Of a DNA stretch of 64,000 nt, positions 18,335-26,437 are shown in pieces. Source of the DNA: Clostridia bacterium (lineage in GTDB: Bacteria; Bacillota; Clostridia; Oscillospirales; CAG-272); assembly GCA_017420755.1 (NCBI GenBank), contig JAFQOG010000050.1, forward strand, positions 4,146 through 68,145, written 5' to 3'. Within the stretch, counting starts at the first letter, position 1; every line of letters begins with the position of its first letter. Under the pieces are notes generated by a model. It ran no database searches and was not told where the DNA came from. It worked only from the letters and a program-made list of their open reading frames with translations. A program made the translations under genes and the position numbers.

Positions 18335-18361
18335 TTAGCACTCTTTTGAGTCAAGTGCTAA
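18335..18361. promoter_or_regulatory. CIRCE operator (HrcA binding site)
   Basis: TTAGCACTC-N9-AAGTGCTAA against the consensus TTAGCACTC-N9-GAGTGCTAA (one mismatch). It lies between the -10 and the hrcA start. Confidence 0.85.
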
Positions 18362-18372
18362 ACTCTATGAAT

Positions 18373-18401
18373 AATATATCACCATTTTATTGCTTTGTCA
18401 A
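18373..18401 (-). promoter_or_regulatory. sigma-A promoter of the hrcA-grpE-dnaK-dnaJ operon
   Basis: The minus strand reads TTGACA-17 nt-TATATT, directly upstream of CIRCE. Confidence 0.65.
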
Positions 18402-18430
18402 TACTTTTTCAAAATATTTTTTAGGATTTT

Positions 18431-18458
18431 TTAGCAAACTTTTCTTTTGAGTGCTTAA
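18431..18458. promoter_or_regulatory. second, degenerate CIRCE-like inverted repeat upstream of the -35
   Basis: TTAGCAAAC-N9-GAGTGCTTAA, with two left-arm mismatches and a 1-nt insertion in the right arm. Confidence 0.4.
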
Positions 18459-18523
18459 ATACTTTTTTGCTTCTTTTTTCGATGAATTTCTACATTATTT
18501 ATATGTAAAAAATATATAAAAAT

Positions 18524-18556
18524 AAAAAACGCACACCTCGAAGGTGTGCGTTTTTA
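18524..18556 (-). terminator. Rho-independent (bidirectional-looking) terminator after the glycoside hydrolase gene
   Basis: CGCACACCT-CGA-AGGTGTGCG, flanked by an A-run and a T-run. Confidence 0.8.
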
Positions 18557-18566
18557 TTATGTTTGA

Positions 18567-21497
18567 TTATTTTACAACAACATATGATGGGTTTTCTGTA
18601 ACTGTGATTGTTACAAAGCCGTCATTGATTTGGAGATTCTTTGTAACTCCGTCAATATCATTGTTATGTGCTGTTGTATGAGTTGCAGTTTTACCATTAA
18701 CTCTTAATTGGAAGTTTTCAACAACTGTTCCGTCAGAGGTTGGGCACCATACTGCATAACCAACTTGGCCCTTGCCATCTGCAAACTCGTAAACCCAAAC
18801 GTCTGGGTTGCCAGAGTCAATTTCCTTAACAAATGTCATATGACCGATTGTTTTGGAAAGCGTGTACATATAGAAGTATCCATCCTTTGGAAGGTATTCT
18901 GTTTCTGTTGTAATACCGGAATAATCTTTATTCGGATCACTGGTATTCTGTTTTTTCACTTCGGTGTTATCATCAACCTTGTAGTACTTAACTACTTCGT
19001 CAGCACCTTCACCAGTAGTAACCTTGTATACCCAGAAGACCTCGTCTGTTGATTTGCCATCTTCGCCGTGCATTGTTGCCTTGTAAATTGGCCAGTTATC
19101 CTCTGTATAAGGAGCATACCAAATACCACATGTACCGTACTTACCGATAGCAGTTGCTTCATTTGAACCAACGTCCTCGCACATGTACATTGTTGCTTTA
19201 TCTACACCGCATGAGGACAATAAAATGTATGCACGAACGAGCCACATACCTTGAATCTCACGAGCTCTTAATACCTTTTCGTAATCGGAGATTATGCCGT
19301 CACCGTTTGCATCCTTAGTATTGTATGCGTGTGCTGATGTCATTGTTTCATATGATTGGTTAGTGTCCCAACCGAACTCGGTTAGCCATACCTCAACATT
19401 AGGATAATATTTATCTCTATATTGAACAAGGGCTGTGAGTGATTGAACAAGTCCAAACTCCTCAGGGCTAACACCAACAATAATTTGTTGACCATTCATT
19501 GTAAAGTACTTACCGAAATATGTATGAACGTTGAACGCATCCATCGCGATGCAGTTATCAGTTCTGTTTGCTCTCATCCAGTAAGCCATTGACATAATAT
19601 ATCTGTCTTGGACACCTGCAAGACCTGCTATAGCAAGCTTGATATCAGGGTCAGCATTTTTTCCGCCAAATGGATATGAGAAACTATTTGGATTATAAAC
19701 GTTTGCAAGAAGTGTTCTTTGGTGACCGTCATATGCTGCAGACTGTAAAGCTGCAAGCTGATATGGAGTTGCACCCGCTGCGTCCTCACCATTTGGCTCG
19801 TTACCAAGCTCAATCCACTCAATGTATCCACGACCTGCCTCTGCGCCGATGCCAGCGTCAGAGTGAGCAATCATGTTTTCAACGAGGTATCCCATCTTAC
19901 TGCTACCATAACGTGCAGCGTATTGATAGATAAGGTCTGCGTATGCAGCGTATGTTGAAGGAAGATATTTTTCTTCCCATGTAGCGATTGTACTTGAGAG
20001 CTTGCCCTCTAAGTCGTCATAAACTCTTGCAGGGCTTGATCCTTCATTCCATTGTAAGCAAGGAATAACTAAGAATCCAGCCTCGCTGTAATCCTTATAT
20101 GCTTGGTCAAAGTTACCAACAACTGTGTTTACAAAGTTAGCTGCCTTACCCGGGAAAGAACCATTTGAATATGACCAACCAACGTTGTGATACTCTCGAA
20201 CTACGTATGAGCATGCAAGCTGTTCAAAAGTACAGTTACCGCCACCACCGGCAACGAAACCGCATTGTCCCATCATTTCTCCGATTGTTGGACGCTTATG
20301 GCTGGAGGTTTCCTTAATTTCCATATCAGGGCTTTCACCTAATGCGTAACCATATACAATTACTTCATTTGGAGATTGTCCGTCAACGAATTCAACTTGT
20401 ACATATCTAACCTCTTTCTTTATTGAAATAGGTAAGAATACAAATGATTCGATTTGTGAAGCTGGAATTTTAACTTCAAAATCCCAATGCTCAGGTGTTA
20501 AGAAGTTAGCAGCATCCTTTGAAGCACGAACTATAACATCATATGTTTTGTCACCATAGAAAAGCATAACTGTATCAACATAGTGAATATATTCAAGGTC
20601 TATGATTGGAGCTAAGCTTGTGCCATAACGCTCGTCAGTAAAGTCCTTCGTATAGTTAGGGAACACGTGACCCTCTTCATACCAGAACTGAGGAACGCTT
20701 GTTGATGGCAAGTCATCATAATCCTCTCTTAATGGGTCACCAACAATATCCTGCTCATCAATAATAGCAGTAAGATTTCTGTTTGTTTCACCAACAATTA
20801 AGTGCTGTGGATTTGTGTAGTCTCTTTCAATGATTTCAATACCACCTGCTCTTACTGTAATAAAATCAGTAGTAAAGTCGTCATTTGATGCAGTAAGTGC
20901 AAAATAGTACTTATTGTCAGCATCAGCCTTCATATTAGGAACAACGATAGTCTTTATCTCACCATCGCCGCTCATTTCGAAGCTATCAAGAACAGTTGCC
21001 TTTGCGTAGTTCTTTTCAGTAATAGCTTTAGTGGAATATCTAAGCTCATAGCTCTTAACGTCACCAATCACATTTACCTTTAATGTGATACTGTTTTCAC
21101 CAAGCTCTGATATACGGAGATATTTAATAATTGGCGCTGCTTTATATTCCAATGTGCTTGCAGAGCCTGTTGGGTTTTCAATCTCTGGTTTATCGCTTGA
21201 ACCTGGTGTGTTTGTGTCACTACCGCCCGGGGTATTTGTGTCACTACCACCTGGAGTATTTGTGTCACTTCCGCCTGGGGTATTTGTGTCACTACCACTT
21301 GGGGTGTTTGTATCACTACCACCTGGTTGATTTGTGTCGTCAGATGTGTTGTCATCATCTGTATCTCCATCGGTTGTTACCTTGTTAGTATCAGTGTCGC
21401 CCTTGCCATTATTAGAGCATCCGCAAGAAACGATCATTGGAACTATCAGGCAAAAGCAAATTGCCAAAACAATCAATGAAAGCCATCTTTTTTTCAT
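18567..21497 (-). CDS. secreted lipoprotein glycoside hydrolase (clan GH-A TIM barrel) with repeat linker, FN3-like and discoidin/CBM-like modules
   Basis: 976 aa with a signal peptide and lipobox (MIVS-C). A linker carries tandem GGSDTNTP repeats. The segment YVQVEFVDGQSPNEVIVYGY looks like the end of an F5/8-type-C domain. IELGNEPNG (acid/base NEP) and VWLTEFGWD (nucleophile) are typical of clan GH-A. Confidence 0.75.
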   Translation of the reverse strand: MKKRWLSLIVLAICFCLIVPMIVSCGCSNNGKGDTDTNKVTTDGDTDDDNTSDDTNQPGGSDTNTPSGSDTNTPGGSDTNTPGGSDTNTPGGSDTNTPGSSDKPEIENPTGSASTLEYKAAPIIKYLRISELGENSITLKVNVIGDVKSYELRYSTKAITEKNYAKATVLDSFEMSGDGEIKTIVVPNMKADADNKYYFALTASNDDFTTDFITVRAGGIEIIERDYTNPQHLIVGETNRNLTAIIDEQDIVGDPLREDYDDLPSTSVPQFWYEEGHVFPNYTKDFTDERYGTSLAPIIDLEYIHYVDTVMLFYGDKTYDVIVRASKDAANFLTPEHWDFEVKIPASQIESFVFLPISIKKEVRYVQVEFVDGQSPNEVIVYGYALGESPDMEIKETSSHKRPTIGEMMGQCGFVAGGGGNCTFEQLACSYVVREYHNVGWSYSNGSFPGKAANFVNTVVGNFDQAYKDYSEAGFLVIPCLQWNEGSSPARVYDDLEGKLSSTIATWEEKYLPSTYAAYADLIYQYAARYGSSKMGYLVENMIAHSDAGIGAEAGRGYIEWIELGNEPNGEDAAGATPYQLAALQSAAYDGHQRTLLANVYNPNSFSYPFGGKNADPDIKLAIAGLAGVQDRYIMSMAYWMRANRTDNCIAMDAFNVHTYFGKYFTMNGQQIIVGVSPEEFGLVQSLTALVQYRDKYYPNVEVWLTEFGWDTNQSYETMTSAHAYNTKDANGDGIISDYEKVLRAREIQGMWLVRAYILLSSCGVDKATMYMCEDVGSNEATAIGKYGTCGIWYAPYTEDNWPIYKATMHGEDGKSTDEVFWVYKVTTGEGADEVVKYYKVDDNTEVKKQNTSDPNKDYSGITTETEYLPKDGYFYMYTLSKTIGHMTFVKEIDSGNPDVWVYEFADGKGQVGYAVWCPTSDGTVVENFQLRVNGKTATHTTAHNNDIDGVTKNLQINDGFVTITVTENPSYVVVK
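21192..21341 (-). repeat. in-frame 24-nt tandem repeats encoding (G/S)GSDTNTP x5-6
   Basis: The DNA shows repeated ggtgtttgtgtcactaccacc-type units. The protein reads TNQPGGSDTNTPSGSDTNTPGGSDTNTPGGSDTNTPGGSDTNTPGSSD. Confidence 0.85.
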
Positions 21498-21554
21498 GCT
21501 TTTTTCCTCCGAGAAATTTTGCTTCTTATTTTATAAAAAATTTTATACATCTAT

Positions 21555-21583
21555 ATAATACTACAAAAGTGAATTTTTGTCAA
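21555..21583 (-). promoter_or_regulatory. sigma-A promoter of the glycoside hydrolase gene
   Basis: The minus strand reads TTGACA-17 nt-TATTAT, about 60 nt upstream of the ATG. Confidence 0.55.
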
Positions 21584-21726
21584 GCAACTTTATACTTATT
21601 TAACAAAAAATCGCTTAAAAAAATCGCATGTATGTGCATTTTTTACGTTTTCAACAAAAAATTTTTCTTTTTTCGCTTTTTAGAGCTTCCATTTTTGTTT
21701 AATTTGCCTATTGACTTTTTCGCTTT

Positions 21727-22287
21727 TCAATTTTCTTGAATGTTGCTTTGCTGCTCCGGTGGTGAATATAAAGCATCAAAGCAATCAATAATGTAGCGAG
21801 TGTCATATCGAACGCCCTCTATATGAATCACTCTTAAATCACTATACTCATAGCTGGACAGAGGTCTATTCAGAGCATCATTTGAATTGGCACATATAAA
21901 TATTTCTCCATTTTCTATTCTGCTAATAATCAAGGTGTGGTAAAATACGCCCTCTGCATTTTTAAGCTGTATTGCATCTCCCACCTCGGCGATCGATATG
22001 TCAACTACTTGACCAAATGGCCCTACGCTTGTGTTGGATGTTATAAAATTATAAAAGTATTCAACGCCTGACCATGAAGCGCTTCGCCGATTGAGAGACA
22101 GATAATACCAACCATAAATCGGTGTATAGTTCATTACACAGCTTCCCGCCAAAACGCATTGCGAAACAAAATTTGTGCAGTTTCCTCCCACTCCCTCAAA
22201 AGTATAAAAAAGCGGATTTCTAACAAGAGCATATTTTTCAGCATACATAACTGCTCTCTCCCTTAAATATTCTTTCTCAAGTATCAT
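21727..22287 (-). CDS. putative amidase-domain (Amidase_6 / NlpC-P60-like Cys peptidase) protein
   Basis: RERAVMYAEKYALVRNPLFYTFEGVGGNCTNFVSQCVLAG matches my recollection of the putative amidase domain family. The ATG at 22287 lies 7 nt after GGAGG, whereas the track start at 22305 is TTG. Confidence 0.65.
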   Translation of the reverse strand: MILEKEYLRERAVMYAEKYALVRNPLFYTFEGVGGNCTNFVSQCVLAGSCVMNYTPIYGWYYLSLNRRSASWSGVEYFYNFITSNTSVGPFGQVVDISIAEVGDAIQLKNAEGVFYHTLIISRIENGEIFICANSNDALNRPLSSYEYSDLRVIHIEGVRYDTRYIIDCFDALYSPPEQQSNIQEN

Positions 22288-22352
22288 ATTACTACCTCCA
22301 TTCAAATATATCTTATGTAAAGATCAAGTTTTTGCTATTTTATAGGAGGTCC

Positions 22353-23321
22353 ATGAGCGGTATTACTTTTTTGAGCTTGGGTGCGCTTTTTCTTTCCATT
22401 TTTGTTGTATTTGTAAATGGTTGGACTGATGCTCCAAGCTCTGTTTTCTCGGTTGTTGATTCCGGTGTTTTGAAGCTCTGGCAGGGAGTTTTATTGTCGT
22501 CGGCTTTCAACCTTCTCGGTGTTTTTATATTCTCATTATTAAGTCCACGTGTAAGTGAAAGCATTCTTTCTCTCGGCAATTTTGAAAATGAGCTTGTAAA
22601 CAAAATAGTATGCTTCTCCTGCTTTTTAACAATTATAGTCTTTGGAGTTGGTGCTTGGCTTTTTGGCATGCCTTCAAGTGAAAGCCATGCTTTAATTGCT
22701 TCCTTAGCGGGGACATCCCTTGCTTTAGGCAATTTTGACTATCAATTTTTCATACGCTTTTTAAAAATTTTAATTTATATGGCTTTCTCTTGTGTATTAT
22801 CCTTTATAATTTCCTATATAGCTTCCAATTTTTTCAAAAAAAGGGCTCTGCCATACAAAGGACTTCTGCTTGCCTCCTCTGGAGCTTTATCTTTTATGCA
22901 TGGAGCTCAGGATGGACAAAAATTTATCGCAATTATAATGCTTTTAACCGCAAAAAGCGGCAAGCCATCCATATACTTAGTAGGATTGGTTTCCCTTACA
23001 ATGGCGCTTTCAACACTGTTGGGCGGCAAAAAAATCATAAAATCCCTATCAAATTCTATAGAAAAAAGCGACACTCCCTCGGCTTTTTCGTCGGATTTTG
23101 CTTCTTTCTTAACTCTTTTAATTTGTTCTCTTTTGGGAATGCCTATAAGCACAGGAAATGTAAAAAGCATGTCATTGGTCGGTGGGAGCATTGCCAGCAA
23201 AAGAGGGATAAACAAAAAAATAATAACGGAGATTTTACTAACCTCCGTTATCACTTTCCCTGTATGCTTCATTATGGGGCTTATAATTTGCAAGCTACTT
23301 ATTGTTATTTTTCTTGGCTAA
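22353..23321 (+). CDS. PiT family inorganic phosphate transporter
   Basis: Polytopic membrane protein with FVNGWTDAP and HGAQDGQKF motifs (compare PitA FVNGFHDTAN and HGSNDGQK). The ATG at 22353 follows AGGAGG. Confidence 0.75.
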   Translation: MSGITFLSLGALFLSIFVVFVNGWTDAPSSVFSVVDSGVLKLWQGVLLSSAFNLLGVFIFSLLSPRVSESILSLGNFENELVNKIVCFSCFLTIIVFGVGAWLFGMPSSESHALIASLAGTSLALGNFDYQFFIRFLKILIYMAFSCVLSFIISYIASNFFKKRALPYKGLLLASSGALSFMHGAQDGQKFIAIIMLLTAKSGKPSIYLVGLVSLTMALSTLLGGKKIIKSLSNSIEKSDTPSAFSSDFASFLTLLICSLLGMPISTGNVKSMSLVGGSIASKRGINKKIITEILLTSVITFPVCFIMGLIICKLLIVIFLG

Positions 23322-23946
23322 CCAAATCCCAAATTTCGCCATTAGGCTTTGATTCAAATGACATATTTTCTTTCGTTTTTGGATGTATAAGCTCGATTTG
23401 GCAAGAGTGCAAAGCTATTTTCGAGTTGTCCTTAGCTCCGTATTTACCATCTCCATAGAGAACATATCCTCGCGAAGAAAATTGAGCTCTGATTTGATGC
23501 GTTCTGCCTGTGTATAGGCGAACCTTCACCAATGAAACATCCTTTCCTTTGATTTTTGACACCGAAAGTCTTTCATAGCTCAGTCTTGCTTCCTTTGTTC
23601 CTTTTCTTTTTGTATTAACAACAAAGGTCTTGTTTTTCATTTTGTCGTGAAAAAGCAAGTCCTGCATTTCACCGCTTTCTTCGCAAATTCCGTGACAGAT
23701 GCACAGATATCTTTTTATCATCTGTCCCTCTAAAATTTGTATTGAAATAGCGGACGCACTTTCCTTGTTTTTGGCGTAAACCATCACTCCTGTTGTTTGT
23801 ATATCAAGCCTGTGAACACAAAAAATGTCGCAACCTGTGTATGATTTTAATAGTTTCACCATGCTTTCGCCATCATTTTCTTGTGAAGCTACACCATATG
23901 GCTTTTCACAAACAATAATGTCGTCATCCTCGTAATAAATTGTCAT
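23305..23946 (-). CDS. RluA family pseudouridine synthase
   Basis: HRLDIQTTGVMVYAK catalytic Asp motif and GRTHQIR motif. Confidence 0.85.
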   Translation of the reverse strand: MTIYYEDDDIIVCEKPYGVASQENDGESMVKLLKSYTGCDIFCVHRLDIQTTGVMVYAKNKESASAISIQILEGQMIKRYLCICHGICEESGEMQDLLFHDKMKNKTFVVNTKRKGTKEARLSYERLSVSKIKGKDVSLVKVRLYTGRTHQIRAQFSSRGYVLYGDGKYGAKDNSKIALHSCQIELIHPKTKENMSFESKPNGEIWDLVSQEK

Positions 23947-23974
23947 ACCATGCTCCTTTTTCGTGCTTTGTCTA

Positions 23975-24003
23975 TAAAAGGGCTGATTGTTCAGCCCTTT
24001 TTG
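23975..24003 (-). terminator. terminator after gpmI
   Basis: GGGCTGA-TTGT-TCAGCCC, flanked by an A-run and a T-run. Confidence 0.65.
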
Positions 24004-24007
24004 TTTA

Positions 24008-25660
24008 TTATTTTACTTCGATTATAGAAGCATCCCACATGCTTGGTGCTTCATAGCCGAGGAAGTTAACGCAGGTTGCGGCTACGTTTGAAAGACCAAA
24101 CTCGCCATTGTCTGCTTTTACTGTATATTTATCGCTGTAGTAATTATCATAAATGATAAATGGAACAGGATTTAAGGTGTGGCTTGTTTTTGCCTTGTAT
24201 GAGCCATCCTTATTTTGCTTTGGAGTGCCTTTTTTGTCAAGCTCGTACATTTCGTCAGCATTGCCGTGGTCAGCTGTAATGAGAGCAACACCCTTAAGTC
24301 TGTCAACAACATCAAGGATTCTCTTTAGTTGAAGGTCAAGCGCTTCCATAGAGCATCTTGTTGCCAAAATATTACCAGTATGTCCAACCATGTCGCCATT
24401 TGGGAAGTTAACACGCAAGGTTGTAAACTTGCCACTTTCAAGGCTTTCAATAAGCTTGTCGGTGATTTCAGCGCACTTCATCCAAGGTCTTTGCTCGAAT
24501 GGTACAACATCAGAAGGAATTTCGATGTATGTTTCAAGCTCGTCACTAAACTTACCACTCTTGTTTCCATTCCAGAAATAGGTAACGTGTCCATACTTTT
24601 GAGTTTCGGAAATTGCAAGCTGTGAAATTCCGCTGTCGGCCAAATACTCACCCATTGTGTTTGTAATTTCAGGTGGGTTAACAAGATAGCTTGAAGGAAT
24701 ATGAAGGTCACCGTCATACTCAAGCATTCCTGCATATACTACATTTGGATAGCGAACTCTATCGAACTTTGTAAATTCCTTGTCGTCAAAAGCCTTGGAA
24801 ATTTCAATAGCACGGTCACCTCTGAAGTTGTAGAAAATAACGCTATCGCCATCGTTGATTGTTCCAACAGGCTCTCCGTCCTTTGCAATAACGAAAGGTG
24901 GAAGGTCTTGGTCGATAACCTTGTACTCTTCTCTATATGTCTCAACAGCCTTTTTAGCACAGCAAAATTGTCTGCCCTCGCCAAGAACATGAGTCTTCCA
25001 GCCGAGCTCAACCATTTGCCAGTTAGCCTCATATCTATCCATAGTAATAACCATTCTGCCGCCACCTGACGCAATCATAATATCAAAGTCAGGGGTACGA
25101 AGAGAATCAAGATATTCCTCAAACGGAACTATATAATCAAGCGCGCTTGTTTCGCCAACGTCACGTCCGTCGATAAGGATGTGAAGTCTAACCCTCTTTA
25201 CATTTTCAGCCTTGGCTCTGTCAATCATAGCCTTTAAGTGGTCGATATGAGAGTGAACGTTTCCGTCAGAGAAAAGACCAATGAAATGGAGGGTTGAATC
25301 GTTGTCCTTCACATTAGCAACTATATTCTGCCAGGTGTTGGATGCAAACATCTTGCCGTTAGCGATTGATTCAGAAACCAATTTTGCACCTTGTGCAAAA
25401 ACTTGTCCAGAGCCGAGTGCGTTGTGTCCAACCTCGGAGTTGCCCATATCGTCGTCAGTTGGAAGTCCAACAGCTGTTCCGTGAGCCTTTAATTTAACGC
25501 AAGGATATTTTGCCATTATCATATCAAGTGTAGGCGTATATGCTTGACTAACCGCGTTTGCAACGGTGTCGGGAGCGATGCCAACGCCGTCCATAACTAT
25601 AGTAAGAACCGGACCTTCAACGCCGATAGGATTTTCAAGCTTGTTAAGAATTTTTGCCAT
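24008..25660 (-). CDS. gpmI: 2,3-bisphosphoglycerate-independent phosphoglycerate mutase
   Basis: 550 aa with MGNSEVGHNALGSG (phospho-Ser site) and the C-terminal ADHGNAD metal motif. Confidence 0.92.
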   Translation of the reverse strand: MAKILNKLENPIGVEGPVLTIVMDGVGIAPDTVANAVSQAYTPTLDMIMAKYPCVKLKAHGTAVGLPTDDDMGNSEVGHNALGSGQVFAQGAKLVSESIANGKMFASNTWQNIVANVKDNDSTLHFIGLFSDGNVHSHIDHLKAMIDRAKAENVKRVRLHILIDGRDVGETSALDYIVPFEEYLDSLRTPDFDIMIASGGGRMVITMDRYEANWQMVELGWKTHVLGEGRQFCCAKKAVETYREEYKVIDQDLPPFVIAKDGEPVGTINDGDSVIFYNFRGDRAIEISKAFDDKEFTKFDRVRYPNVVYAGMLEYDGDLHIPSSYLVNPPEITNTMGEYLADSGISQLAISETQKYGHVTYFWNGNKSGKFSDELETYIEIPSDVVPFEQRPWMKCAEITDKLIESLESGKFTTLRVNFPNGDMVGHTGNILATRCSMEALDLQLKRILDVVDRLKGVALITADHGNADEMYELDKKGTPKQNKDGSYKAKTSHTLNPVPFIIYDNYYSDKYTVKADNGEFGLSNVAATCVNFLGYEAPSMWDASIIEVK

Positions 25661-25809
25661 TTTAAATTCTCCTTTATTTTATAACTAAATTTTATCGTAT
25701 TATAGTATATACCATATTTGTGAACAAATCTTGAACAAGGACAAAAATGTTGACATTTTTAGATATAAATGGTAAAATTACTCTTAGATTAACATCATCG
25801 GAGGGTGAA

Positions 25810-26352
25810 ATGAGTATTAGAGAGGAATGCATCCAAGCAGTAAAAGAGCTTTGTGAGGCTGCAAAATTAAAGGCTGGCGATATTTTAGTTATCGGATGCT
25901 CAACCAGTGAGGTTGCCGGAAACAAGATTGGAACAAGCGGCAGTGAGGATATTGCCATCGAGTTATACGATGCTATAACATATGTTTTGGTTCAAAAAAG
26001 AATATATCCTGCCTTTCAATGCTGTGAGCACCTAAACCGTGCAATAGTTATCGAAAGAGAGTGTATGCCCGCTTACTGCGAGGAGGTAAATGTTGTTCCT
26101 CAAAGAAACGCAGGTGGCTCCTTGGCAACCTATGCATATAGCTGCTTTTACGACCCCGTTGTCGTTGAAGAAATAAAGGCAGATGCAGGAATTGATATTG
26201 GCTCTACTCTTATCGGCATGCATCTTAAAAAGGTTGCTGTTCCAGTTCGTTTGTCAATTTCAAAAATAGGTGAGGCAAACATCACCTGTGCGCGAGTTAG
26301 ACCCAAGTTTATCGGAGGTTCTCGTGCCGTTTACAACGACAATCTTCTGTAA
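25810..26352 (+). CDS. UPF0340 / TIGR01440 family protein
   Basis: The GDILVIGCSTSEVAGNKIGTSGS motif is typical of the YwlG-like family. The ATG at 25810 follows GGAGGG. The track start at 25747 adds 21 atypical residues. Confidence 0.7.
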   Translation: MSIREECIQAVKELCEAAKLKAGDILVIGCSTSEVAGNKIGTSGSEDIAIELYDAITYVLVQKRIYPAFQCCEHLNRAIVIERECMPAYCEEVNVVPQRNAGGSLATYAYSCFYDPVVVEEIKADAGIDIGSTLIGMHLKKVAVPVRLSISKIGEANITCARVRPKFIGGSRAVYNDNLL

Positions 26353-26389
26353 AAACCTCGACCCAGTGTCTGTTTTTAACGTTTTTAAT

Positions 26390-26424
26390 AAAAAAGCTCC
26401 ACGCAAAAAGCGTGGAGCTTTTGT
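26390..26424. terminator. bidirectional terminator (ends the UPF0340 gene and the MoxR/vWA operon)
   Basis: GCTCCACGC-AAAAA-GCGTGGAGC with an A-run upstream and TTTTG downstream. Confidence 0.85.
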
Positions 26425-26437
26425 TTGTTTTGAAGGA

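Noticed and set aside
18318-18341. GTG start of hrcA at 18341
   Set aside because: The codon lies within the CIRCE operator. The ATG at 18317 has a GGGGA Shine-Dalgarno sequence at proper spacing.
22790-23458. 222-aa plus-strand ORF, and the 128/130-aa minus-strand ORFs overlapping the PiT transporter gene
   Set aside because: These are alternative-frame or antisense ORFs inside a well-supported transporter gene. Their translations are basic and low-complexity with no motif, and none has an RBS.
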